Source: Candidatus Poribacteria bacterium
GTDB taxonomy: Bacteria; Poribacteria; WGA-4E; WGA-3G
Assembly (NCBI GenBank): GCA_964291315.2
Contig: OZ219753.1
Location: forward strand, 576,001 to 640,000
Length of the DNA: 64,000 bases
Direction of reading: 5' to 3'
Of the stretch, positions 38,206 to 48,620 are shown one piece after another (position 1 is the stretch's first letter; every line of letters begins with the position of its first letter). The notes under the pieces are model-generated. The model was not told the DNA's origin. It saw nothing but the letters and a program-made list of their open reading frames with translations, and searched no databases. Both the position numbers and the translations under genes were made by a program.

Positions 38206-39309
38206 CTATGCCGTAAAGGGTAAAAGCGCAATCGTACCACTGACTTTGCCTTCTAATGTCTCAATTTGAACGCGGCTGCCAGCTTCGGTAACTGCCATCC
38301 GAACGTAAGCCATTGCGATCGGTTTTCCGAGCGTTGGGGCGAAGGTGGTACTGGTGATCCAACCGACTTCTTTATCGCCATCGAAAACGCTCGCCCCTTG
38401 GCGGGTCTCAGCTGATGCAGGACTGCCCTCAATTTCAATACCACGCAATAGGCGGTTGGGATGTCCTCGATATTTCATCCTCGCGATAATTTCCTGCCCA
38501 ATATAGCATCCCTTTTCGAAGTCAATAGCGTGTTCCAACTCCGCCTCAAGCGGGATGACAGTATTGGTTAACTCCGCTCCATATCTGGGGACACCTGCCT
38601 CAATCCGGAGGGATTCAAGCGCGTTCCAACCGATAGGCTGAACGTTAAACGGGGCATCTTTACACATCAGCTTTTCCCAAAGGGATTCTAATGCCTCGGC
38701 GGGGGTGTAAAGCGTGTAACCAATCTCACCAGTGGTGTCTGTTCTCACACATACAGCATCATAGTTGAACAACGTATCCGCTTCATGAAAGTAGTTGTGG
38801 TATTCAGGTAGACCAACGAGGTTACTCATACCGAATACACACTGGACGCAGTCTGATGCCTGCGGCCCGTGAACGGCAATTGCACCGGTCTCATCGGTTA
38901 AATCAGAGATTTCAACATCGTCAGCAATTAGATATTTGTTCAATTCGTCGAAGAGGCTTTCTCTAGTCTCAGCGGAGGTGTCAATACCAATCATATCTTT
39001 GAGAATATAGACATTAAAATCGGCAATAATTTTACCTCGATGTGTTAAGAACGTAGTATATGTGCCTTGCCCTGGTGAAAGGTTTTCAACATCGTTAGAG
39101 ATGATGCGGTTCAAAAATTTTGTCCGATCCTCTCCTATTAACCGGTATCTACCGCGATAGGATACATCAGCAATGCCGACACTATTCCTCACAGCCTGAT
39201 GTTCAGAAATTGCATCGGTAAACTGTATAGCTACATCCCAATTGTTGTGCCTTTTTGAAAAAGTTGCTCCTAACCGCTTATGAATGTGATAGAGTGGTGT
39301 TGTTTTCAT
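38206..39309 (-). CDS. YgfZ/GcvT-family folate-binding protein
   Basis: 'KTTPLY', 'LRIEAG', YgfZ signature 'KGCYIGQE'. Confidence 0.88.
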   Translation of the reverse strand: MKTTPLYHIHKRLGATFSKRHNNWDVAIQFTDAISEHQAVRNSVGIADVSYRGRYRLIGEDRTKFLNRIISNDVENLSPGQGTYTTFLTHRGKIIADFNVYILKDMIGIDTSAETRESLFDELNKYLIADDVEISDLTDETGAIAVHGPQASDCVQCVFGMSNLVGLPEYHNYFHEADTLFNYDAVCVRTDTTGEIGYTLYTPAEALESLWEKLMCKDAPFNVQPIGWNALESLRIEAGVPRYGAELTNTVIPLEAELEHAIDFEKGCYIGQEIIARMKYRGHPNRLLRGIEIEGSPASAETRQGASVFDGDKEVGWITSTTFAPTLGKPIAMAYVRMAVTEAGSRVQIETLEGKVSGTIALLPFTA

Positions 39310-39412
39310 ATTTTGTCATATTATCTTTCTTGAGGCTTGCGTTCCTGCAACCTACATTTAACAACTTGTAACATCAAACTCAGGTTATATAATATACATT
39401 TTACTAAAATTA

Positions 39413-42400
39413 CTAGAAAATACGATCCAAACGTAAAACAATTGATGGATTCTGTAAAGAGAACGAGGCATCAAGCGGTTCTGCTATCTCAAGAGCAATA
39501 CTCACAGGCGCGAGATCTTCTGGAGGATCTATAAACACGGAACAACCTACGCCAACTGAGGTTCTGAATTGTGCTGTGAGTGGGGCAGAGTCGGAAAATA
39601 GGGAATCTCCATGCCACCATACCCTACCGGCATCCAAGAAGCAGCTAAGTGTCCAACCCAATGCAGCACCGGACTCCTGGGGAAGTATCTCCTTGATAAA
39701 GCGATACTCAAGGTTAAGCAGCAACCGATTATCCCCAGCAAACCTATTGAAACCATAACCGCGCAGCGTTGCATTACCTCCAAGGTGAAGGAGCTGTTGT
39801 GTTGGCAAAGGTGCATTTGAAAGGTCACCAGCGACTCGGACATGCAGGTGATGCGGGCGGAAAAATGGCGTATAGCGTATCAATTCAAATTGATAGAGGT
39901 TGAATGCATAGTCTCCGCCTGCGATTTCCATCCCGAATCGTCCGCGCCACCCATGTTGGGTTCGCTCGTTTGCAGAAGATAGGGTATGGAAATGCTGCCG
40001 GGTCGTCGATGTATGATCCCGGGTATCAAAGGCATAAATCAGTGAGAGACCTTCCAGTTGCCCGCGATCAATCCGGGCATTACCTCGCTTGATCTGATTT
40101 CGATTTAAGTAACTCCAGTCCGTTGATTTAGAGAGGTTATCATGCGCCTCTGTTGTGAGTGCCAGCCTGAGATAGTTCCATTCCGAAGGCTCGTAGGTTA
40201 TCCACCCTTGAATGCCCTGGCGTTGGTAATAATCCTGAAGCGCGAAGCCGTAGTAGGCAGCACTCAAGGTGATATTACCGGGACGCAGAGAGGCATTCGA
40301 GCTGATGTTTGTGATCTTATACACACTTGCACCCAATCTGAGATGCCGCCGCTGAAAGAAAACTTTCTCGATGCCCCCGTAATAATTCCATATTTTACTT
40401 GAAAATCCACGGCTCACTGAACCCAAAATTTGTTCTTTACCCGTGAACTGGGTTGCGATCGTTCCGCCGGCTCCAAGCATTAATCCGTGAACACGGTTGA
40501 ATTGAAGGATCGGAAAAACGGAAGTTTTCGTGAGAGGTTGCTCCTCAATTTCGACAACCAGGATATTTTTTCGTCCGTCACGCTGAACTTGCCAGCTTTG
40601 GATAGATTTAAAGTGTTCATTTTCTGCTCTGAGTCGCTTTTGCATTAGGTCTATTTTTGATTGTCCGAGGGTAGCATGGTAAATATCAGGACCCTGTGAA
40701 CCGCGTTTTCCATCGGCATTTGTCGTCTTTATATTAAGTGCAGACAAAAGTTCGGTACGAGATATCCGGGTGTTTCCAACGAAACGAACTTCGTGCAATG
40801 TCCCCTCATTAATGCTAAATGTAAGCACATCGTTAGCGAATTCATAGGTAACTGTAGCGAATTCATATCCTCGGTTCACATAGAAATCAGCAATCAGCTG
40901 TTGCTTCAAACGAACGGTATCAACTGCAAGATAGCCACTATCTAATTGAAACCACCGCTTGATAAATGTAGATGGAAAGGTTCTGTTTCCCTTAATTTTA
41001 ACATGACGGGCAAATATTACCGGAGCTTCTGTAACTTGAATAAGTACGCCTATGGCAGTAAGGGTGCCAGATTCCTCATTATCGATAGCATCAATAGTTC
41101 CTTGTTTCGTTTCCAAACGGACTTCTTGAAACCAGTCTCGGTCCCGTAATTCTGCAAGCAACCAAGATAGTTGTGTGCTTGTGATAATGTCTCCGGACCG
41201 AAGAGGGATTTGTTGCTGGACAACCGCAGTTGGAATTACCGCATTTCCCTCAACATCAACCGCTTTAACTCGGAATTGTACTTCAGTTGCAAAGGTTTGA
41301 GAAAAAGAGGGTGAGCGTTTTACAAAATGTAAGGCTCCCATTGCTGGAGCGATGTACTCAGAAAGTGGTGCCGCGTATACATGTGGAGAGTGGGGCCACC
41401 ACGGATGCTCGTTATCGTAGGTCGGTAACCAATAACTGTATTCTCTTTGTATGTTAGAGACGAGGTGTTCTGTACTCTTAACGGTAAGGTGTATCTTACG
41501 GTGGATGTTAAAAAGCGTTATATTTTTAGAGGAGCGCGACGTTTTCAAATTCATCTGCGGAGGTTTTTCCAGAATTTCGAGCGGGATCGCAACTTCGAGG
41601 CTCCAAAAAGTGGCGTTAATTTGTGTTCCAACTTTCGCGTTTGAGTTCCATGCTTTATTCGCTTCGAAGTCCGTCTGCAGCGTTTCCTTGTTTAAAGCAA
41701 GTTGGACATCCCGCGGGGCGAACGGGTAACAGGCCTTCCCGGGCTTGCTGACCTGCTGGTCAAAGAGCGCACGAATCGGGTTCACAACGAGGTGATAATA
41801 CCCATAGGTTTGAGGATTGGTGTCAATTAAGATTTCAATACATTCGTCCTCCCAAATAGGTGAATCGTGCTGCGTCTGCGAGATATGTGGGAGCTGCGCG
41901 TTTGAAATATGTGCCTTCACGCCAATATAAAAATTTTGTGCGTCCCACATTAAGAAAGTTTCAGTCAAATTGTTGGGTGCCTCAGTCCCGTCAGTATTCT
42001 GAAGGGGAGGGAGCGGGCTCGCTGCTTGCCACACAATTTCGGATAAATTGCCATCAATAATAGGTGGACTCGATGTTTCAGGCACGCGCTGGGCAGATTC
42101 CAGAAACAAACTCTGTTCTGTATCTGCTTGAGCACTTGCTTGATCATTGATAAGCATATTTTGTAGAAGCGAAATTGAGTCGGTAGACTTCAAACGAAAT
42201 AGAGGGCCGCCGTCGTTTACGATCGCTAGTGTCGTGTCATCCTCAAATTGTACAGGCAGATTAACAACAACTTGTTGCTTCTTGCTCTCAAGCACAGCAT
42301 CAATAGCATAACCCTCAGGAAGCCGTAGTATAATGTTTCCGTCTTGTGCGGTTATGTCCATCGGTGCTGCAACGGGGTCCAAAACAGTTAAATCAATTGT

Positions 42401-43120
42401 GCCGTGTTTTGTTTCTAATGTGTTCTGACCTCGCGTTAGCAAGATTTTGCCTTTGATGTCTCCATTCGTTAGGGTCACATTATAGTTTCCTGATGTTTCA
42501 TTTAAATAGACATCGCCTGACGTTGTTGCAATTTCTATCTGCCCTCGAATCCCGTGGAGGCGTACATTCCCCATTTTTGACTCGATCCTAACAGAGATAT
42601 CTGAAGGGCTTTTAATGATACACTTCAACCTGAGTTGTTCATGAAGTGTCATTGGTAGGTCTTCAACACTGGAAGATCGGTTCAGCGCCGCTGGGGAGCC
42701 GGCACCCTCGGGATGTTGTATTTTCAAGTGAAGTGTACTATCAGATCGAGTTCCTGTTACAGAGATATTATCGAGATAAGTCTGTAGGGTAGCATCGGGC
42801 TCAGTAGGTATTGCTGGCGCCTGTCCTTCAAAAATGACTTTAATGACCCCACCCTCAGTAGCGATAAATTCAATGTCCGCGGATATATCTAAATGCAAGT
42901 CTATTTCAAAAACGTCTTCAAAATTGAAGGTATGCACCGCCGTGGGCTCCGATGTCAATTCTTGTGCCGCGCCCCCTGATTTTTCTGCAGTTGGGTTGGA
43001 TATTTGTTCTTGAACTTCATAATTCGCTGCGCCGGCAGTTTGGATAGGCAAATTCAGCATGATCATAGTGATACAAAACAGATATGAATAGGATAAAACG
43101 ATGTAGGGTAGGAGTGGCAT
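39413..43120 (-). CDS. Large outer-membrane fusion: DUF4097-like beta repeats + CBM9/DOMON-like domain + ~3 POTRA + Omp85 barrel
   Basis: 'TTSGDV/LTNGDI/TKHGTI' repeats; 'PPIIDGNLSE..W..WEDECIEILID..EVAIP'; 'VEGN/IKGN/FVGN' POTRAs; 'FNRVHG', 'TLRGY', terminal F. Confidence 0.75.
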   Translation of the reverse strand: MPLLPYIVLSYSYLFCITMIMLNLPIQTAGAANYEVQEQISNPTAEKSGGAAQELTSEPTAVHTFNFEDVFEIDLHLDISADIEFIATEGGVIKVIFEGQAPAIPTEPDATLQTYLDNISVTGTRSDSTLHLKIQHPEGAGSPAALNRSSSVEDLPMTLHEQLRLKCIIKSPSDISVRIESKMGNVRLHGIRGQIEIATTSGDVYLNETSGNYNVTLTNGDIKGKILLTRGQNTLETKHGTIDLTVLDPVAAPMDITAQDGNIILRLPEGYAIDAVLESKKQQVVVNLPVQFEDDTTLAIVNDGGPLFRLKSTDSISLLQNMLINDQASAQADTEQSLFLESAQRVPETSSPPIIDGNLSEIVWQAASPLPPLQNTDGTEAPNNLTETFLMWDAQNFYIGVKAHISNAQLPHISQTQHDSPIWEDECIEILIDTNPQTYGYYHLVVNPIRALFDQQVSKPGKACYPFAPRDVQLALNKETLQTDFEANKAWNSNAKVGTQINATFWSLEVAIPLEILEKPPQMNLKTSRSSKNITLFNIHRKIHLTVKSTEHLVSNIQREYSYWLPTYDNEHPWWPHSPHVYAAPLSEYIAPAMGALHFVKRSPSFSQTFATEVQFRVKAVDVEGNAVIPTAVVQQQIPLRSGDIITSTQLSWLLAELRDRDWFQEVRLETKQGTIDAIDNEESGTLTAIGVLIQVTEAPVIFARHVKIKGNRTFPSTFIKRWFQLDSGYLAVDTVRLKQQLIADFYVNRGYEFATVTYEFANDVLTFSINEGTLHEVRFVGNTRISRTELLSALNIKTTNADGKRGSQGPDIYHATLGQSKIDLMQKRLRAENEHFKSIQSWQVQRDGRKNILVVEIEEQPLTKTSVFPILQFNRVHGLMLGAGGTIATQFTGKEQILGSVSRGFSSKIWNYYGGIEKVFFQRRHLRLGASVYKITNISSNASLRPGNITLSAAYYGFALQDYYQRQGIQGWITYEPSEWNYLRLALTTEAHDNLSKSTDWSYLNRNQIKRGNARIDRGQLEGLSLIYAFDTRDHTSTTRQHFHTLSSANERTQHGWRGRFGMEIAGGDYAFNLYQFELIRYTPFFRPHHLHVRVAGDLSNAPLPTQQLLHLGGNATLRGYGFNRFAGDNRLLLNLEYRFIKEILPQESGAALGWTLSCFLDAGRVWWHGDSLFSDSAPLTAQFRTSVGVGCSVFIDPPEDLAPVSIALEIAEPLDASFSLQNPSIVLRLDRIF

Positions 43121-43354
43121 TCTGAGAAAATCCCTCTATAATCCGGGTGTGCATAGCAGCACACTATCGGTTTGAAAATTGTCCCACAGGTTTTCTTGAC
43201 ATATTTAAAATAATACTTTATACTTATTAGAAAAGTCAAGCAGTTTTTTCGTAGTTTTCCTAACGATTGAAACGTTTTTGATTGATTTGAGAATATGACT
43301 ATCGTGATATAATGAAGAAGCCGATCCGAAAACACTGCGGGCAGGAGAAGCAAG

Positions 43355-44407
43355 ATGAGTGAATCTTTCAAAAAGGCAACAGAATACTGTTTCTCTTTTG
43401 GACCATGGAATATACACGAGGGAGCAGATCCTTTTGGGCCGCCTGTTCGGGAATCGTTCAATTTTGACCAGAAAGTTGGTTTTTATCGGGATCTCGGTTT
43501 TGTTGGGATTCAATTTCATGATGATGACATTGTGCCCGATATTGATGAGAAGTCCCATGCACAGTTAATAGCACAAACGAAAAAGGTTAAGACACAACTT
43601 GGTAACCATGGATTGATAGCAGAGGTGGTAGCGCCGCGTCTGTGGGAATCTCCGAAGACCATTGACGGTGCTTATACATCGAATTTGCCTGAGGAACGGC
43701 GATACGCCCTCGAACGCTCAAAACGATGTGTAGATATTGCTAATGAAATCGGTTGCAAAAACTTCGTTCTGTGGCTTGCGCGCGAAGGCACTTATATTCG
43801 AGAAACTAAATCATCGACAGATGCAGTAGGGCAAATCCTTGATGCTATTAATGCGCTCCTCGAATATGATCCAGAAATCCGAATCCTAATTGAGCCGAAA
43901 CCGAATGAACCGATGGACATCGCCTACATTCCAACGATTGGGCACGCTATCGGTCTAGCATACGCGAGCGATGCCCCGGAGCGTGTCGGCGGGTTAATTG
44001 AAAGTGCACACGCTATTCTTGCGGGGTTAGAGCCGTCTGACGAAATGGGGTACGCACTCCACCACAAAAGACTCTGGAGTGTACATCTCAACGACCAGAA
44101 CGGGCTAAAATTCGACCAAGATAAAGCGTTTGGCTCAGTTAATTTGCGCCGGGCGTTCAATCAGGTCCGAGTCCTTGAAGAAAACGGATACGGCAACAAT
44201 GGTGAATTCATCGGGTTAGATGTGAAAGTGATGCGAACACAACCGCGTGATATTTCAACAAAACACCTCCTGAGTAGCCGCCGAACCTTCCTTAACTTAC
44301 TTGAAAAGGTGCGAACATTTGACAAAAATGTCGAACAAGAATTTATCGATGCCCGAGATTATGAAGGCTTAGATTTCTATATTCTTGGACACCTTCTCGG
44401 GACGTAA
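43355..44407 (+). CDS. xylA: Xylose isomerase (short type)
   Basis: 'FHDDD', 'W..REG', 'EPKPNEP', 'HLND', 'FDQD'. Confidence 0.75.
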   Translation: MSESFKKATEYCFSFGPWNIHEGADPFGPPVRESFNFDQKVGFYRDLGFVGIQFHDDDIVPDIDEKSHAQLIAQTKKVKTQLGNHGLIAEVVAPRLWESPKTIDGAYTSNLPEERRYALERSKRCVDIANEIGCKNFVLWLAREGTYIRETKSSTDAVGQILDAINALLEYDPEIRILIEPKPNEPMDIAYIPTIGHAIGLAYASDAPERVGGLIESAHAILAGLEPSDEMGYALHHKRLWSVHLNDQNGLKFDQDKAFGSVNLRRAFNQVRVLEENGYGNNGEFIGLDVKVMRTQPRDISTKHLLSSRRTFLNLLEKVRTFDKNVEQEFIDARDYEGLDFYILGHLLGT

Positions 44408-44488
44408 GTTTGTTGAGCGAGTCTGAATTGTTCATGTGAGAACACTCATTTAATATAAAAATAAAGGTGTCAGAGGACAAAAACAGAA

Positions 44489-45139
44489 ATGAGAATGGAT
44501 AAAAGCCTTCTACATGAGGCGGACGGGCCTTGTTATCAAGCAGTGCTACTTGTTGGGCCCCCGGGCGTTGGTAAGGGAACACAAGGGAAAATGCTGGCAC
44601 AAATCCCAGGTATTTTTCATATCTCTAGTGGGGACATGTTTCGCGCGCTTGACAGTAATTCAAAATTTGGACGAATTTTCCAAGAATATGCAGCCGTTGG
44701 TAAGTTAGTTCCAGATGAGGTCACAATCAAGATCTGGAAAGACTACATGGCAACGAAAGTCCGGGAGACGGTATACAAGCCAAAAACGGACTTGCTGATT
44801 CTTGATGGTATCCCACGTAACATCACTCAAGCAAATCTAATCGCCCCTTTTGTAAATCTTTTCAGAGTTATTTACATGGTCTGTGAAAATCGGGAAGTGA
44901 TGTTCAAACGGATCCGGGGCCGCTCACTGAAAGAGCATCGCATTGACGATGCCGAAGAATTGGTGGTCCGCTACCGGTGGGATGTTTACAAGCGGGAAAC
45001 CGAACCTTTGATAAACTACTATCCACAGGAACGGATCCGGATTGTAGACGCAAATACGATCGCGTCTGATGTGCTTCACCAAATTTTATCAACAATCGTA
45101 CCCATTCAAAAAAAGTATTTCGAACCACCCCTGATGTAA
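44489..45139 (+). CDS. adk: Adenylate kinase family (short LID)
   Basis: 'GPPGVGKGTQ', 'SSGDMFR', 'GKLVPD', 'LDGIPRN', 'RIDD'. Confidence 0.8.
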   Translation: MRMDKSLLHEADGPCYQAVLLVGPPGVGKGTQGKMLAQIPGIFHISSGDMFRALDSNSKFGRIFQEYAAVGKLVPDEVTIKIWKDYMATKVRETVYKPKTDLLILDGIPRNITQANLIAPFVNLFRVIYMVCENREVMFKRIRGRSLKEHRIDDAEELVVRYRWDVYKRETEPLINYYPQERIRIVDANTIASDVLHQILSTIVPIQKKYFEPPLM

Positions 45140-45199
45140 CAACAACTTCCAGAAGATACGAGACGCGGCTTGTATAAACCTCATGTTTTATAGGGCTGA

Positions 45200-46936
45200 T
45201 CAGTTGTAGCGGCGATAAATCCGGATTTCGGGATGTGAGAGGGCACGCATCGGAAATGGGGCTCCACTATCAGATATCTGAATGCCCCAAAATTGCGGTT
45301 TACATTGGAATGTCTTGTGCAATACATACGGACTTCCCTCCGCCAAAATCCGCTCATAAAACGCCGACGTTTCTTCTACTTCCACTTCATTGAGAGGGTA
45401 CCAGTCTTGTTTTTGATAATGCTCCGGATATGTCTGATATTTTTGGAATACCTCCAGGTCCGGCACGAGAACAAGTACCCATTCTGCTTCTTCTTCTGCC
45501 ACCTCTAAAGCTATTTCGGGAAGGAGCCAGTCAAATAAAACTTCTGGTGCTCTGGAGATAATTTCTTCTTCTGGAATGTGTTCTGCTATCCACTCAGATG
45601 CAGCAATTACGGTGGGTTGTTTCGTTAAGACAAGCGCGAAAGCGACCGTATAGATCGATGTCCAAAGTACTACAACACTCCCAATAACTCCGCCGATCCA
45701 TTTTCCAAATAGGCAGGCCAGGGCTTTCGATGTTTTGCTGAGGCACTTCTCGACAAAGAAGAAGCGTTTTTGCAAAATGCCAGTCACTAAAGGTTGACCA
45801 CTGAAGGATTTTCCAAATAGATACGTGAAAAGTGCCCCTATGGCGTAAGGGAAACGAGCAAGGGCCGCCGCGGCAAGCACCATGAGCGCTGGATAGAGTA
45901 TGAGTAGATGGCGTGCGAACTTAACCTTATGTGCCCCGATAAATAGTAGATAAAAGATAACAAAGGCAAGTAAAGTGACTTCGAGTGTTAGAAACTTGCC
46001 AGTTCTCGGTGTCAGCGAAAGGACACTTCGTAAAATACCGAAACCGGCAAGAAGTGCAAGAGGCATCCCCATACCCCACTTCAGGAGGGGCCATAAGTAG
46101 ATAAACCGATCCAACCAACCCGCCTCCGCAGTTGTAATGAGACCGAAGTGCCCCCGGTGATAGTGAGTAGCTTCATACCAGAAATCGTCAAAGAAAAGAT
46201 TCCATTCGGGTGAAATCAGATCGATGAGCCAATACGGACAAAGAACTGTGAAGGTTAGGACAGAAACACAAATGACAGTCGAGATCCCCCTATAAAATTT
46301 GTTGCTATCGATGAAACATAATAAGGAAAATCCGACGAAAACAGTTGTAAATTTGACAGCAAGGCCCAACCCCATAATTCCTCCAAGCCAGACTGCAGTT
46401 TGAAACGTAAGCGTATCTGAAGAAGAACGTGAACGGACTACAACCAAAAGAAAAAGCACCACGGAGAAGGTCGCTGGGATGTCAACAAGCGCGAAGCGCG
46501 ATTCGTTGGTAGCGTGTAACATTGCGATGGCGAGGAGTCCTGCTGCTATTTGTCCAACACGTCTGTTGTAACACCGCAGCCCAATGCAATAGGTAAACCA
46601 AAGGGTTGCTGTAGAGAGTAGAGTATTGATGCATCGCGCCAATAAAATTACATGTGTTTCCGTTAGATATAAGCCTCCAAGTGACAGCAATTTACCTATC
46701 GCAGCAATTAAGTAAAACCATGCTGTTCCGGGCCAGTTATATGTATCAGGGACTGCGGTAAGGTGAATGAGGTTCAGGACATCGTGGGCAATGATTATTT
46801 CACGTGGGTCTGGGGAATCAGGCAAACCGACGTTTATACCGATAAGACGGATAACGAGACCAATAATAAGGATGGCGAAAATAATATAGTTACCGGGGAA
46901 ATTGAAACTAGTTTTGAGTGCTCGAAGTAATCTCAT
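45200..46936 (-). CDS. GT-C fold glycosyltransferase (GT39/ArnT-like)
   Basis: Polytopic membrane protein; N-terminal 'PDPRE' acidic loop; 'GLAVKFT'; 'KFARHLL..YP'. Confidence 0.8.
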   Translation of the reverse strand: MRLLRALKTSFNFPGNYIIFAILIIGLVIRLIGINVGLPDSPDPREIIIAHDVLNLIHLTAVPDTYNWPGTAWFYLIAAIGKLLSLGGLYLTETHVILLARCINTLLSTATLWFTYCIGLRCYNRRVGQIAAGLLAIAMLHATNESRFALVDIPATFSVVLFLLVVVRSRSSSDTLTFQTAVWLGGIMGLGLAVKFTTVFVGFSLLCFIDSNKFYRGISTVICVSVLTFTVLCPYWLIDLISPEWNLFFDDFWYEATHYHRGHFGLITTAEAGWLDRFIYLWPLLKWGMGMPLALLAGFGILRSVLSLTPRTGKFLTLEVTLLAFVIFYLLFIGAHKVKFARHLLILYPALMVLAAAALARFPYAIGALFTYLFGKSFSGQPLVTGILQKRFFFVEKCLSKTSKALACLFGKWIGGVIGSVVVLWTSIYTVAFALVLTKQPTVIAASEWIAEHIPEEEIISRAPEVLFDWLLPEIALEVAEEEAEWVLVLVPDLEVFQKYQTYPEHYQKQDWYPLNEVEVEETSAFYERILAEGSPYVLHKTFQCKPQFWGIQISDSGAPFPMRALSHPEIRIYRRYN

Positions 46937-47087
46937 TTTTTGAGATGCCTTGTCAAAAACACGTCGCCAACGCTGTTTATGGCATTCATACCTGATAAGC
47001 TCGGATACGATAGCTGTCAGGAAATCAGAGCGTCAGTAAATTTTCCAAATCGCGCTGAATCGTTATGAGCTGATCTTCCATTTACCT

Positions 47088-47684
47088 TTAAGATGAAACT
47101 TTTGTCCAGAGATTATCAGGGAGCATGCTTCGGAGGTTTTCGATCTGTGCGGACATCAACGGGAGTTTTAGTTTCTCAAAAACGTTTTGCCACCGTTCTC
47201 TATGTACTTCCTCCACATAAACGGGTATGAATCCTAAATTTAGATAGGTTTTAATAGCCGGGATACGAAAAACGTCGGTGTCCAGCATAGCACATTTGAA
47301 TCCATGGTCCCGGAGATAGTAGAGGACAGCGAGTGAAACCCATTTTCCGAGTTTATGTCCAGTATGTTCGGCGAGGACACCAACCATATGGACGTACCCA
47401 ATCTCCTTTTCATCAGTAGATTGCCTCCACGCGCAAGCAGTGCCGACCGGGATACCGCTATGCGTTGCGAAGTAGAAACCCTCGGGAAGAAACGCCGTTC
47501 TGCTGGTAACCTGTTCCCGCGTATCTTCTGCAGTGCGTTCCTTACCACCAAACGAATCACTAATGATGCGTGCCCAATGCATTTCATCCCCTTCAAGGTA
47601 AGTGCGCAGACTGTAGCCTGCTGGAAGTTCGAGTTCAGGTAAATGTTTTAAATCAGGGCGTACCATTCTGAGTTGTCGTGACAT
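47088..47684 (-). CDS. GNAT acetyltransferase
   Basis: 'VGVLAEHTGHKLG', 'AIKTYLNLGF'. Confidence 0.85.
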   Translation of the reverse strand: MSRQLRMVRPDLKHLPELELPAGYSLRTYLEGDEMHWARIISDSFGGKERTAEDTREQVTSRTAFLPEGFYFATHSGIPVGTACAWRQSTDEKEIGYVHMVGVLAEHTGHKLGKWVSLAVLYYLRDHGFKCAMLDTDVFRIPAIKTYLNLGFIPVYVEEVHRERWQNVFEKLKLPLMSAQIENLRSMLPDNLWTKVSS

Positions 47685-47778
47685 TTGCTGCTCCTCTTCT
47701 CTCAGGATTCCTGCGTTTGCGATAGGCTCGCCAGTTATGCCATAATTGTATCATACCTTAAGAATTCTTGCAAAAACC

Positions 47779-47807
47779 TTTACAATATTTCTCAAAAGTG
47801 CTATTAT
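47779..47807 (+). promoter_or_regulatory. Sigma70-type promoter for aroK operon
   Basis: TTTACA-17 nt-TATTAT with TGn, overlapping TATAAT. Confidence 0.45.
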
Positions 47808-48074
47808 AATAAAAATTTTTTATATAAAGCAATATCTCTGTCAACCATTTGAGGGGCGTTGGATAAATATGGATCCAATCTGGATTGGAGCTCTACTATA
47901 GCGTGTTGCTTAGCCTAGAGAGTAAGAAGCTACTATCCGTAATCGTTCAATCCACAGATGGGAATACCGTATCAGTTAGCGGAGGCTGCGAATGTCCACA
48001 TTTCTAACTACAGCAGTGAATGGTCCATTAGTATTGACAAAGAAACATTCACTCACAGTAAAGGCGGGAAACAG

Positions 48075-48620
48075 GTGAAACGATCGTTCGTAAGAAAGCC
48101 TAACATTGTGCTTGTCGGTTTTATGGGAACCGGGAAGACCACTGTTGGCAGACAGCTTGCCTCACAGTTATGGATGTGCTACATAGATACAGACGACATC
48201 ATTGAGCGGGATAGCGGATGTTGCATCAGCAACATCTTTGAGGAAAATGGTGAACCAGCTTTCCGAGATATTGAAAGTGAAGCGGTTCGCAAAACGTCAA
48301 GGCTGTATAATCATGTTATCTCTACAGGTGGCGGTGTCGTCTTGAGAGAAAACAACATAGCAACGCTAAAACACAATGGAATTGTTTTCTGTCTAACGGC
48401 AACACCAGAAGAGATATATCGGCGGGTTCGACATCAGATGCATCGTCCGCTGCTCCAAACGCCCGATGCACTCGCCAAAATTCGGATGATGTTGGCAGAA
48501 CGACAGCGATACTATGCAGAAGCTGATTATAGGGTAGAGACGACGGGGCGTTCGTTTGGAGAAATCACCGGATACATAAGACAAGTCTATGCGAAAAAGA
48601 GTAGGTGGGGAAAACGGTGA
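48075..48620 (+). CDS. aroK: Shikimate kinase
   Basis: 'GFMGTGKT', 'GEPAFRDIE', 'STGGG', 'RPLL'; start GTG 48075. Confidence 0.95.
   Translation: MKRSFVRKPNIVLVGFMGTGKTTVGRQLASQLWMCYIDTDDIIERDSGCCISNIFEENGEPAFRDIESEAVRKTSRLYNHVISTGGGVVLRENNIATLKHNGIVFCLTATPEEIYRRVRHQMHRPLLQTPDALAKIRMMLAERQRYYAEADYRVETTGRSFGEITGYIRQVYAKKSRWGKR

Noticed and set aside
47958-48074. Extended AroK N-terminus
   Set aside because: No kinase-like sequence; GTG 48075 has a purine-rich upstream site and gives a normal length.
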